A DNA stretch of 45,435 nt from a virus (Duplodnaviria; Caudoviricetes). The stretch covers positions 1 to 45,435 of the IMG/VR virus record IMGVR_UViG_3300002546_000005, one strand, 5' to 3'. The notes under the pieces were generated by a model, which made no database searches, was not told where the DNA came from, and saw nothing but the letters and a program-made list of their open reading frames with translations. Positions 36,440 through 45,017 of the stretch are shown piece by piece (positions within the stretch are counted from its first letter, which is position 1; each line of letters opens with the position of its first letter). Made by a program: the position numbers and the translations under genes.

Positions 36440-36778
36440 TTAATTAATGAATCTGATTTCATCGATCTTATCGAAATTGAAGTGTGTATCTTTCTTGTTG
36501 CCGACGTCCAGGTAAACACCTTTACTCGTAATATGACTGATGGTACCTACTCGCCCACCGCCATCTTGAGTTTTAATAGAAACCTCATCACCTGTAAAGA
36601 ACATCCTGCCGTTTCCTTTAACGTGATAGTCGCTAGCATATTTCATCGTTTTTGCCTCCTCATCCATAGATTTTTTTTCAATCAGCTCCGCGGCTTCTAG
36701 AGAATCTGCGAAAAAGTAATAACACGTGACTTTGCCGTTGTCTCGGTTAAAAAGTTCTATTACATATTCGGGCATCAC
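36440..36778 (-). CDS. Hypothetical protein
   Basis: ORF with RBS overlapping the upstream stop. Confidence 0.65.
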   Translation of the reverse strand: MMPEYVIELFNRDNGKVTCYYFFADSLEAAELIEKKSMDEEAKTMKYASDYHVKGNGRMFFTGDEVSIKTQDGGGRVGTISHITSKGVYLDVGNKKDTHFNFDKIDEIRFIN

Positions 36779-37524
36779 TTACTCCTTTCAGCAGCAATAT
36801 AAGCGTCCAAACTGATCGGCTTTTTATTCTTTACAAACATCGTGTGACCGATCTGCTTCTCCAGATCCACATAACGCTTGTACAACTCTGGATTCTGTTC
36901 GGCTCCGTGCCGTAGATCATTGATCGATCCCATGATGCAAAATACACAACTTAGTCGTTCGTTCTTCTCGTATGCCCGAAATGGCTTTTGTCCAGCGCCG
37001 TCAATGGTCTGAAATATTTCGGCTGTTGTGTAATGGAACATTGGCAGCCAGTCGTATACATGGCGTGTAACTCGTTTATTTGCACTTTCAGCTTCGTTGT
37101 AGCGGAGTGGTTCTCGTTTAGCCCTGGTCTTTGATTCTTCTGTGCGTAAACCAATGCAGTTGATCGCAATGGTAGCTCCTCGTTGTTTTAGATCATTTCG
37201 TATGAACTTGAATATGGGACCTAGCTTTAAATCTGATGTACACTGTCTGTAAGCAGCGCTTGGCCACATCCCACGATTCTCTACCATTTCGAGCAATGTT
37301 TTCCCGGCTTTCACGACAGTTAACTCGTGATATGTACATCTCTTGATGTGATCAATGACTCCTGGCCATTCGACATCGCCGAGACTGGCATGCACGACGA
37401 CAAGCTGATTGTAGGGAATGATCTTGTGCAGCTCGACATACATAGCTTGCGAATCTTTGCCGCCAGAGTGCGAGACGTAAAAAATTGCCCCTTGATCAAT
37501 TAGTTCATGTATTTGTTTTGGCAT
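36775..37524 (-). CDS. PAPS reductase-family (PP-loop) protein
   Basis: SHSGGKDS, RQCTSDLK, GLR.EES..R, RLSCVFC. Confidence 0.85.
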   Translation of the reverse strand: MPKQIHELIDQGAIFYVSHSGGKDSQAMYVELHKIIPYNQLVVVHASLGDVEWPGVIDHIKRCTYHELTVVKAGKTLLEMVENRGMWPSAAYRQCTSDLKLGPIFKFIRNDLKQRGATIAINCIGLRTEESKTRAKREPLRYNEAESANKRVTRHVYDWLPMFHYTTAEIFQTIDGAGQKPFRAYEKNERLSCVFCIMGSINDLRHGAEQNPELYKRYVDLEKQIGHTMFVKNKKPISLDAYIAAERSK

Positions 37525-37543
37525 ATAAAACGAACCGACCACC

Positions 37544-37759
37544 TTACGAACTCCTCTCAGCAGCAATAGTTCGATAAAACTGCATAAGGAGCGGGTTTTC
37601 CTGCTCAAACCTTTCGTCATGCTGTGCAGGGATGTCATACATCAGCTCTAAATCTGACATTAAGCTTGATAAACGCTGATCCTTGATATGTACAGGCACA
37701 TCTGCATTTTTGATCTCTTTAAAGCGGTTTGTAAAATTTAACGCATCTCCAAATCTCAT
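37544..37759 (-). CDS. Hypothetical protein
   Basis: AGGAG RBS, in operon. Confidence 0.65.
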   Translation of the reverse strand: MRFGDALNFTNRFKEIKNADVPVHIKDQRLSSLMSDLELMYDIPAQHDERFEQENPLLMQFYRTIAAERSS

Positions 37760-37765
37760 AATCTA

Positions 37766-38098
37766 TCAATCTCCTTTCTCAGAAAATACATGGCTGAAAT
37801 TATTATCTAAAAACTCTGTCATCCTCTTAGCCTGGAAAGACCAAGTCTGCCCTTTCGACTTTGGGTAATAGACAAAACCGCCATTATCGCTATCAAGAAT
37901 TCTTTTGAACTTTTGACGATAGAGGATATTCTCCTTAATCCATTCCTGCTTTTTACCTATCCGGTTCTCCAGATTTTTCATTGTCCAGTAGACTCCAGCT
38001 AACTCTTGCTTTTTCAACTCTTCCAGCTCAACCTTGCTGATCAGCACGGAGTCTTCAGGGATGGGGATAGTCAGATTAACACTTAGAAGCTGGCTCAT
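37766..38098 (-). CDS. DUF771-like protein (possible excisionase-type DNA-binding)
   Basis: YWTMK.L, WIKENIL, FVYYP...GQ.W.F.A. Confidence 0.75.
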   Translation of the reverse strand: MSQLLSVNLTIPIPEDSVLISKVELEELKKQELAGVYWTMKNLENRIGKKQEWIKENILYRQKFKRILDSDNGGFVYYPKSKGQTWSFQAKRMTEFLDNNFSHVFSEKGD

Positions 38099-38892
38099 AA
38101 ACTATCAATCTCCTTGGCTAGTATTTGTCTTAAGAACTCCTCACCCGACCTGTTATAAAGGAAAATCTCCTTAGGTTGTCCCTTATAATCGTAGCTGTAA
38201 AAGGAGCCGAACATAGGACGTTTGAGGTTGTGCTTTTTTACTAGCGCCACTGCCTTTTGAAACGTTATTTCTAAAGAATTAGCGATATCCCTAATACCTC
38301 TGCCCTCTGGTCTTTGCTGAAGAGCTGGTTGTTTTCCGGCAATCGTTTCAGCGATTTGCAGCCTTAGCGCTCTTTCAGTTGCTTGGTTAAAAAGTCCGTC
38401 TTTATTTCCCGTCTGGAGCATTTGAAGCAGTTTTGTAACTTGATCAAATTCGTTTAGTGATACTTTAGGTTGAGCAGTATAGCGTTTTTCAACTTCGATT
38501 AAGTATCTGCGATATTGTTTTCCTTTTTCGTTTCTCTCAAGCATCGCCATTTCTTTTGCTGTATCAAGTTTTGCGATGTAATCTTTTCTTTTGGTTCCTA
38601 AATTGCTTTCTTCACGCTTGATAAAGTTATCAAATGTGGAGTAATCAACGTTTTCAATAGCATCAACTTCGTTTAATCGTTGTTTAACCCAATTTGCAAA
38701 TTCTTGTTTACTACTTACTCCTTCATGTAATTCTCTTAAATCAACAACAGGCTCCCCTTTATCAGTTACATAGATTTTAATTAGTCCTGTAGCATCAATT
38801 AACTTTAGATCATTCAAATCATTCACTTCATCGATATTGAATGAAAATTCCTCAACCCGTTTAAAAGTATTAATTCTTTCTAATAAATCCAC
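38095..38892 (-). CDS. AntA/AntB antirepressor
   Basis: RELHE.....F.NW, LD.AKEMAM.ERNEKG...R.Y. Confidence 0.85.
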   Translation of the reverse strand: MDLLERINTFKRVEEFSFNIDEVNDLNDLKLIDATGLIKIYVTDKGEPVVDLRELHEGVSSKQEFANWVKQRLNEVDAIENVDYSTFDNFIKREESNLGTKRKDYIAKLDTAKEMAMLERNEKGKQYRRYLIEVEKRYTAQPKVSLNEFDQVTKLLQMLQTGNKDGLFNQATERALRLQIAETIAGKQPALQQRPEGRGIRDIANSLEITFQKAVALVKKHNLKRPMFGSFYSYDYKGQPKEIFLYNRSGEEFLRQILAKEIDSL

Positions 38893-38896
38893 ATTT

Positions 38897-39172
38897 TCAC
38901 TTCCTTTCGCTATGAAATTCTTTAAATCGTTTTAACTTATCGATGCGGCTCTGCGCGTACTCCAACGAATATTCAACCGATTTTTCAAGTTCTTTCTCAT
39001 GCTTTGCTACCTCTAAATCAAATAACTCCTCCATGTTTGCGCGGACAAGCAGGGTCGTATCCCTGCGTGGTAATTTACCTGACTTTACGCTTCTCCCTAC
39101 TACTTCAACACTTTGCCTAGTTAAAAGTTCTTTAAGTAACGCCAATGTACTAATACTTTTTAAATTCGCCAT
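38897..39172 (-). CDS. Hypothetical protein
   Basis: GAGGAG RBS before ATG 39172. Confidence 0.6.
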   Translation of the reverse strand: MANLKSISTLALLKELLTRQSVEVVGRSVKSGKLPRRDTTLLVRANMEELFDLEVAKHEKELEKSVEYSLEYAQSRIDKLKRFKEFHSERK

Positions 39173-39274
39173 TCTATCAATCTCCTCTCTTTCGATATAT
39201 TTTTTAGCTTTCGCCCTCATTCGACGACAAATTTTGCACCTAAGGGCGAAAAAGGAGCGGAGTTTTAATCCGCT

Positions 39275-39472
39275 TTATTTCATAACTTGTCGATAACGCT
39301 CCATCTCGTCTAAAGCTTCCTGAAAGTCTATCGCTGCCATTTGAACCCCGTTTGGGGCTACTATCTGAACGTAACCGTTAGGATTTTTAAGTGAATATGG
39401 GATATGTCTTATTTTGAAGCCGTGATGCTCAGCAAAAGCCCTTGCCTGTGACTCTGCTTTTAATTCGTACAA
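39275..39472 (-). CDS. Hypothetical protein
   Basis: AAGGTGA RBS, TTG start. Confidence 0.6.
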   Translation of the reverse strand: MYELKAESQARAFAEHHGFKIRHIPYSLKNPNGYVQIVAPNGVQMAAIDFQEALDEMERYRQVMK

Positions 39473-39492
39473 TTTATCACCTTACTTTCTAT

Positions 39493-39521
39493 GTAGGAAT
39501 TTCCACCTTTCTGTCGAATTA
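39493..39521 (+). promoter_or_regulatory. Sigma-H-type promoter
   Basis: GTAGGAATT-11-GTCGAATTA, a perfect match to RNAGGAWWW-N11-RNNGAATWW. Confidence 0.7.
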
Positions 39522-39569
39522 GTTAGTTGTCAAGACTCACAAAATCTACCGAAAGGCGGTGAATTGAAA

Positions 39570-39845
39570 ATGGCAGCTTATATGATTACATATGATCTCA
39601 ATAAACAAGGGCAAAAATACGAAAAAGTTTATCAAGCAATTAAGGATAGTGCGCTGAATTGGTGCCACTATTGGGATTCCACTTGGTTAATCAAATCTTC
39701 ACTAACGGTTCAGCAAGTAGCAGACAAGATTACTCCACATATTGATAGTAATGACCGATTGATAGTTATTGAGGTCAAAAATAACTATCAAGGTTGGATG
39801 ACTGAAGAACAGTGGAAACGGATTCGAGAAAACATATTCAGTTAG
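39570..39845 (+). CDS. Stand-alone Cas2/VapD-like ferredoxin-fold protein
   Basis: YMITYDL N-terminal motif, STWLI, D.L.V.E; 91 aa; RBS AGGCGGTG. Confidence 0.65.
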   Translation: MAAYMITYDLNKQGQKYEKVYQAIKDSALNWCHYWDSTWLIKSSLTVQQVADKITPHIDSNDRLIVIEVKNNYQGWMTEEQWKRIRENIFS

Positions 39846-39854
39846 CTTCCAAAC

Positions 39855-40121
39855 TCAATCAGGTCTGGAAATTGAAGTTTTGGTTCGTTCGTGAACCCCA
39901 TTGTCACTATCGCCGAATGGATGAGCCGTCGTTACAGCGGCGGTCTCTTCAGGTATCACTAACACAACGCCTTTGGTTAATGTCTTTCGTTGGCGCATAT
40001 ATGAACCTCTGTATTCGTAGGGTCTGTTAGGCTCTACGGATATTTTTTCTACGCCCGTCCTACTTGCAAGCTCGTTAATCAGTTCAAGCGTGCTAGCTGG
40101 TTTTAATAGGTTTAATTCCAT
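39855..40121 (-). CDS. BC1881-like small phage protein
   Basis: ST.ELI.EL..R.GVE.I.VEP. Confidence 0.6.
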   Translation of the reverse strand: MELNLLKPASTLELINELASRTGVEKISVEPNRPYEYRGSYMRQRKTLTKGVVLVIPEETAAVTTAHPFGDSDNGVHERTKTSISRPD

Positions 40122-40147
40122 CTTTACCCCTCCTCTCTTTAACACAT

Positions 40148-40306
40148 TTATTCGTGGAATCCTTTTCCGTCTTCACCGCGTCTTATTAATTCTCTTCTTA
40201 TCTCATTCTTTGACTGATAGATTCCATGCCCGGGACATCTGCCGTCATTCAAGTCCCATATTGCATTTTTTAATGCTTCTATTGATAAATCCTTAAGTTC
40301 TACCAC
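40148..40306 (-). CDS. 52-aa hypothetical protein (not in ORF track)
   Basis: AGGAGGTG RBS, GTG start, MVELKDLSIEALKNAIW... Confidence 0.55.
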   Translation of the reverse strand: MVELKDLSIEALKNAIWDLNDGRCPGHGIYQSKNEIRRELIRRGEDGKGFHE

Positions 40307-40308
40307 GT

Positions 40309-40542
40309 TTACACCTCCTGCAATATATCGAAGCTAAGAATTCTAAAGCTTGCCACGTTATCCATGTTCGGTATTACGCTGACGGCAAAGTGCTTTTTAA
40401 CATTTTCTGAAAGCGTGCGCATCAACGTAAAACCGTAATTATTTGTCGGGATTTCAAGCCTTACCGTTTTTGTCTTATAGCGAGTTCTTTGGTAGCCTGT
40501 TTGTAGGTCTACCCTGTACCAAACCTTTACTTTTCGTTCCAC
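40309..40542 (-). CDS. Hypothetical protein
   Basis: GGGAGGG RBS before GTG 40542. Confidence 0.55.
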   Translation of the reverse strand: MERKVKVWYRVDLQTGYQRTRYKTKTVRLEIPTNNYGFTLMRTLSENVKKHFAVSVIPNMDNVASFRILSFDILQEV

Positions 40543-40562
40543 TGGATTACCCTCCCTACTTT

Positions 40563-40591
40563 GCAGGATTTTCCTTCCTTTCGTCGAAAGT
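40563..40591 (+). promoter_or_regulatory. Sigma-H-type promoter
   Basis: GCAGGATTT-11-GTCGAAAG, a near match. Confidence 0.55.
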
Positions 40592-40617
40592 GTAGTATCG
40601 AAAGGAGGTGGTGCTTT

Positions 40618-40827
40618 ATGTCGCAAAATTTTTACGAGATTGCTAAAGAAATCACGCTCGCAGCAATTGAAAAAGGAGCTATCATTCAACCAGCAAAAGC
40701 AAATATGCTAACGCCGGATATATCTAAATATAATCAACTCCGAGCAAAGGAAATCGGGAATTTCTATAAAACAATTGCTGCTGCGGTCAATGAAACAATG
40801 CAAGGAAAATTTAATGTAGATGAATAA
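40618..40827 (+). CDS. 69-aa antisense-oriented hypothetical protein
   Basis: AAAGGAGGTG RBS; EIAKEITLAAIE...FYKTI. Confidence 0.75.
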   Translation: MSQNFYEIAKEITLAAIEKGAIIQPAKANMLTPDISKYNQLRAKEIGNFYKTIAAAVNETMQGKFNVDE

Positions 40828-40963
40828 GTTTTGCTAACGCTTCAACTAGGCTCGGTAGATATTGGTGAGTATCTACTGAGTCACTTTTTGCATAAGTTTG
40901 GATTAGATTACATAAGTCTCTAATAGTTTGATTTACAACCACTTGCGTTTGAGTGTCCATCAT
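40811..40963 (-). CDS. 50-aa hypothetical protein (not in ORF track)
   Basis: GAGGAGG RBS; MMDTQTQ...LPSLVEALAKLIHLH; 3' end overlaps the convergent gene. Confidence 0.55.
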   Translation of the reverse strand: MMDTQTQVVVNQTIRDLCNLIQTYAKSDSVDTHQYLPSLVEALAKLIHLH

Positions 40964-41027
40964 CTTAAACCCCTCCTCTCTTACGCACTAGAAGCGCTTG
41001 TCTCGTCTCGTGCTTTTTGTTGTTCGT

Positions 41028-41642
41028 CTACTGCAAATATTTTTTATACACTAACTCGCTAACTGATAAATCCAGACCGAAGCTTTCTTTTGCTGTCATT
41101 AGATTCACTACGTCTTCTAAAACGGGCTGACGGTGTAAGAGCATTTCTGGTGTCATCTCATTTTTCTTAATCATCTTTTCATAACCAAACTTAGAAGACG
41201 TCGCTTTATTGGCGATAGTATTAGCTTTTATGAAATTAACTCTGACTGGTTGTTGAAGCGAAGCCTTAAGCTTACCCATCATTTCCTTTTGATGATCCTT
41301 GTCCAACATCCGGAAAATTTGAAAACCTTCTAAGCCAGAAGCTTTGCGGAGTACTTCTAATATGTCGTAGACCCAACGTTTGAAATCTTTGGCTTCCTTT
41401 TTACGACTTTCGAATACTGTTTCATATATGCCGTATTTGTTGACTATGAGCATTTTACGCATACTGTTACCGGATTCCACCATGTGGGTTGAAACCACAT
41501 CGGCAGGAAGTCTTCTTTTAACCTCTCTAGCAGATAACTCTAATGCTGTTGTGATGTCAGCTAAAACTGCCCACCAATCATTTAGCTCCTTCTCAACAAA
41601 CCTGATTTTATGTCCGTTCCAGATTTCTTCTCGGATACTCAT
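41028..41642 (-). CDS. BRO-N family antirepressor
   Basis: WNGHKIRFVE, W.AV..DI, SRK.EA..F..WV. Confidence 0.85.
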   Translation of the reverse strand: MSIREEIWNGHKIRFVEKELNDWWAVLADITTALELSAREVKRRLPADVVSTHMVESGNSMRKMLIVNKYGIYETVFESRKKEAKDFKRWVYDILEVLRKASGLEGFQIFRMLDKDHQKEMMGKLKASLQQPVRVNFIKANTIANKATSSKFGYEKMIKKNEMTPEMLLHRQPVLEDVVNLMTAKESFGLDLSVSELVYKKYLQ

Positions 41643-41661
41643 ATGTTGTAACACCTCTCTT

Positions 41662-41916
41662 TTAAACAACCTCTTTAGCGGCCGCTTGTTCGTCTTCCTT
41701 GTTTTTTGGTTTTCTAGCTTCTAAAAATTTATCAACTCCTACCCCAAGTGCTCCACAAATAAGTTCATATTCCTCAAATTTCATTCGTCTCTTCCCAGTT
41801 AAAGCTAAATTTAACTTAGGTAAAGGTATAGCTGTTTCAAGGGAGACCCACGTTTGAGAAATACCCCTTTGGATAAGATAAGCTCTTATTTTATTTCCTA
41901 CTTCCACTTTTTTCAC
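41662..41916 (-). CDS. XRE-family HTH protein (Cro-like)
   Basis: GISQ.W......I...KLN..L.GKR. Confidence 0.8.
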   Translation of the reverse strand: MKKVEVGNKIRAYLIQRGISQTWVSLETAIPLPKLNLALTGKRRMKFEEYELICGALGVGVDKFLEARKPKNKEDEQAAAKEVV

Positions 41917-42146
41917 CCTCTCTTAGATATTTGGTTATGCTCATTTATCACAAATCGACTAGCTGTAAAAATTTGGTGAACCTTAACTTCATAAAGATCA
42001 GCAATTTCTTTTGCTCTCTCATCACTAACATGTCTCTGACCTTTTTCTATTTGAGACAAATACCCAGCAGATATTCTTAATTTTGTAGCAGCTTCTTCTA
42101 TACTCATATTTTTTGCATTACGCGCTTTTCTTGCCTCGCTACTCAT
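41913..42146 (-). CDS. Cro-like XRE HTH repressor
   Basis: AATKLRISAGYLSQIEKG; divergent from repressor. Confidence 0.85.
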   Translation of the reverse strand: MSSEARKARNAKNMSIEEAATKLRISAGYLSQIEKGQRHVSDERAKEIADLYEVKVHQIFTASRFVINEHNQISKRG

Positions 42147-42161
42147 ATTTTCACCTCTTTA

Positions 42162-42275
42162 ACTTTGCATATTGCGTTGTTGATTGTAATAATATCGTAC
42201 ATTTTTGTGTATGTCAACGCATTTTGCAAAGTTTTTATTTTAAGTATTCACATTTTGCGAAGTGCAAAGTATAAT
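42162..42275. promoter_or_regulatory. Lysis/lysogeny switch: divergent sigma-A promoters and operators
   Basis: Minus TTGACA(42217-12)-17-TATTAT; plus TTCACA(42247)-17-TATAAT; 18-bp inverted operator pair at 42162-42179 and 42215-42232, partial copy at 42248-42263. Confidence 0.75.
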
Positions 42276-42304
42276 CTTCTTAAAACTGAAAAGGGGTTTT
42301 GGTA

Positions 42305-42877
42305 ATGTACAGTAGCACGTACGGTGAGATATTGAGATATTTAAGAAGGAAAAGAAACTTAACAATGAAGGAATTGGGAGCAGTGTTTTCTTTAGCTGAA
42401 TCTACCATCTCAGGTTACGAAAATGAGACTAGGAAACCCGATCTGGATATTCTTCGAAAATTTGCAGAGTTTTATAAAGTAACGGTAGATTTCATAATTA
42501 ACGGCTTTGATAAAGAAATAACGGAAAGGATAAAAAATCTATCCAATTATAACGGCTCTATATTCTATTTTTCAGACGAGACACTAAGTTTATTAAACTC
42601 AAAGCTAGAGCCTCTAAAAAAAGAGTATTACGATGTTCCACTAGACCTAGAACCAATGGAAATGATAGGACTTCTCAAGGAATTTCCCTTATCTACTGAG
42701 TTTAAGAAGGACTTTTTAGATGTACTTATTGATGTTAAAGCAGGTTTGGAACATCAATATGATTCATCAGAACATTTTAACACCATAGCAGCTCACCACG
42801 AAGGGGAAGAGTGGACAGAAGAAGAGCTGGAGGAGCTAGAAAAGTTTAAAGACTATGTCAGGTCAAAGCGTAAATAG
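42305..42877 (+). CDS. ImmR/CI-like XRE repressor
   Basis: LRRKRNLT..ELG.....ESTISGYE...R.PD; C-terminal TIAAH...EELEE. Confidence 0.9.
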   Translation: MYSSTYGEILRYLRRKRNLTMKELGAVFSLAESTISGYENETRKPDLDILRKFAEFYKVTVDFIINGFDKEITERIKNLSNYNGSIFYFSDETLSLLNSKLEPLKKEYYDVPLDLEPMEMIGLLKEFPLSTEFKKDFLDVLIDVKAGLEHQYDSSEHFNTIAAHHEGEEWTEEELEELEKFKDYVRSKRK

Positions 42878-43027
42878 GAGAGCATAACCAGCAGTTGATC
42901 CAGCTCGTTGGAACGATTAACGCTGAGCTAGAAGAGCTACCGGAGGACGGTCATCAAAGGACTAAAGTACATCAGGAGCAACAAATGATTGTAGTTGGAT
43001 TACGTAAAGCAAAAAGGAGAGATGAAA

Positions 43028-43270
43028 ATGAATAACGAGGAAAAAATATTTAATTTACTTGAAAAAGTTTACATTGAGTTACAGGATACTAAGAGGGAAC
43101 TAGGCGATAGAATTGATAGAGTTGAAACTAGATTATCCCGCATTGAAATTGACCACGGACAAAAGCTGGGCGTTTTATTCGACGGGCTTAAACTTAACTC
43201 AGAAAAACTAGATAGAATCGAAACTGAGGTATCCAGACACGAAGAAGTGATACTAAGAAGGCTGAAATAG
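43028..43270 (+). CDS. Coiled-coil hypothetical protein
   Basis: AGGAGA RBS; heptad pattern. Confidence 0.7.
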   Translation: MNNEEKIFNLLEKVYIELQDTKRELGDRIDRVETRLSRIEIDHGQKLGVLFDGLKLNSEKLDRIETEVSRHEEVILRRLK

Positions 43271-43287
43271 ACAACGGGAGGTTACAT

Positions 43288-43743
43288 ATGTACGAAAAAC
43301 TACTGCTAGAATATACAGATAAAGTTGAAGTATATGAAAGAAATATGAGACTTAAAGGTCTCTACTCGGATAACGTTATAGCGATCAGCAGCCGATTAAA
43401 CTCATCAACTGAAAAAGCCTGTATCCTAGCTGAGGAGCTTGGACACCATTACACCTCAGCTGGTGACATCTTAGACCAGACCAAACTCTCCAATGTTAAG
43501 CAGGAGAAACGCGCCCGGAGTTGGGCGTATGAAAGACTAATACCGCTTAATAGATTGATAGACGCATGTGCAGCTGGCTGCAGAAACCGTTACGAGCTGG
43601 CTGAATACTTAGAAGTAACAGAAGAGTTTTTGGATGAGGCGATAAAACGTTATAAGGAAAAGTACGGGTTGTTTTATACAGTCAATAATTACACTATCTA
43701 TTTTGAGCCTTTAGGGGTATTAAATTTTTTTACTCAAAAATAA
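43288..43743 (+). CDS. ImmA/IrrE-family metallopeptidase (anti-repressor)
   Basis: LAEELGHHYT, QE.RA..WA; located between repressor and integrase. Confidence 0.88.
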   Translation: MYEKLLLEYTDKVEVYERNMRLKGLYSDNVIAISSRLNSSTEKACILAEELGHHYTSAGDILDQTKLSNVKQEKRARSWAYERLIPLNRLIDACAAGCRNRYELAEYLEVTEEFLDEAIKRYKEKYGLFYTVNNYTIYFEPLGVLNFFTQK

Positions 43744-43761
43744 GAACATATATTCTATAAT
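43743..43761 (+). promoter_or_regulatory. Possible LexA (Cheo) box abutting -10 of integrase
   Basis: AGAACatatATTCT (one mismatch from GAAC-N4-GTTC) followed by TATAAT. Confidence 0.45.
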
Positions 43762-43775
43762 AGGGGGATGGGCAA

Positions 43776-44885
43776 ATGGCAAGTTTTCAGAAGCGAGGAA
43801 AGACGTGGCAATATACGATCAGTCGGATGGCAGCGGGCAAATCCAATCCAATCCGAAAGGGAGGATTTAATACAAAAAAAGAAGCACAAGTGGCAGCTGC
43901 GGAAGTAGAAGCTAAACTTAATAAAGGTATTGTTCCTCATTTGCGCCCGGAGCCTTTCGATGAATATTTTAATGACTGGGTCAAACTGTACAAAATAGGC
44001 ATTAGTGGAGGCACTCAATATAACTATAAATACACACTTAAAGCCATAACTGATTATTTTGGCAGTAAACCAATACAGGAAATCAAGAAGCGTGAATACC
44101 AAGAGTTCTTAAACGAATACGGATCTACGAGATCCAAAGAACAGGTTGAAAAAGTAAACGGCCATATTCGATCGTGTGTACAGGATGCGATTGAAGAAGG
44201 TATCATCCACATTGATTTCACACGTAAAGCTGTAATAACTGGTAGTGTTCCCGCTAAAAAACCAAGTGAGAAACACCTAAATTTCATGGACAGCGAAAAG
44301 GTTCTGAAAGAGACATATCATCGTTTAGATAGGGGTTTAGGCTACTATCTTATATTACTTGGTTTGACGTCTGGGTTACGTTTTGCGGAGCTTGTAGGTT
44401 TAACTCGAAAGGATTTTGATTTTAAGGCAAATAAAATATCAGTTAATAAAACTTGGGGATATCAGAAAAAGATGCATGAAGGATTCGGTCCTACTAAAAA
44501 TGAAGAATCGGTTAGGATCATTACGATTGATAAAATTACTATGCAGGCCTTCAAGGAATTCTTCGAGAAAGCTCCAACAAACCTACACCAGCTGGTTTTC
44601 TACAGTCCTTCATCCAAATATAAAGTAATTAGCAATACGAACGCCAATAAGCTATTTAAAAGTGTTTTAAAGAGTCTAGGCATACCTGCTATCTCGGTAC
44701 ATGGTTTGCGTCACACGCACGCCAGTATACTACTTTACAAACGGCGATCCATTTACTATGTATCCGAAAGGTTGGGTCATAAAGACATAGAAACTACTCT
44801 AAAGGTTTATGCTCACGTGTTAAAAGAATTAAGGGAAGAAGATGAGAAAGGAGCAGCCCAAGATTTCGAGAGTATGATTGTGTAA
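43776..44885 (+). CDS. int: Tyrosine integrase
   Basis: Arm-binding N-terminus GF.TKKEA; GLRFAE, HGLRHTHA, LGH, VYAH catalytic motifs; next to att. Confidence 0.96.
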   Translation: MASFQKRGKTWQYTISRMAAGKSNPIRKGGFNTKKEAQVAAAEVEAKLNKGIVPHLRPEPFDEYFNDWVKLYKIGISGGTQYNYKYTLKAITDYFGSKPIQEIKKREYQEFLNEYGSTRSKEQVEKVNGHIRSCVQDAIEEGIIHIDFTRKAVITGSVPAKKPSEKHLNFMDSEKVLKETYHRLDRGLGYYLILLGLTSGLRFAELVGLTRKDFDFKANKISVNKTWGYQKKMHEGFGPTKNEESVRIITIDKITMQAFKEFFEKAPTNLHQLVFYSPSSKYKVISNTNANKLFKSVLKSLGIPAISVHGLRHTHASILLYKRRSIYYVSERLGHKDIETTLKVYAHVLKELREEDEKGAAQDFESMIV

Positions 44886-44898
44886 AAAATGTGTAAAA
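44880..44898. promoter_or_regulatory. Probable integrase arm-type sites (GTGTAAAA x2)
   Basis: Matches 146-164. Confidence 0.65.
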
Positions 44899-44940
44899 TA
44901 AAATCAACTTATATCGTTTTCTATCTTATTCTTTGAAAAT

Positions 44941-44981
44941 AAAAAATACTCACAAACATTGATTTAACAACATTTGTGAGT
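44941..44981 (-). terminator. Phage-supplied terminator downstream of tRNA-Leu
   Basis: ACTCACAAA...TTTGTGAGT hairpin with T-run on the minus strand. Confidence 0.55.
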
Positions 44982-45017
44982 GAAATCTAATTTATAAAAT
45001 TAACATAAAAAGTACTA

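Noticed and set aside
43755-44287. Minus-strand ORFs within the integrase
   Set aside because: Antisense shadows of the integrase
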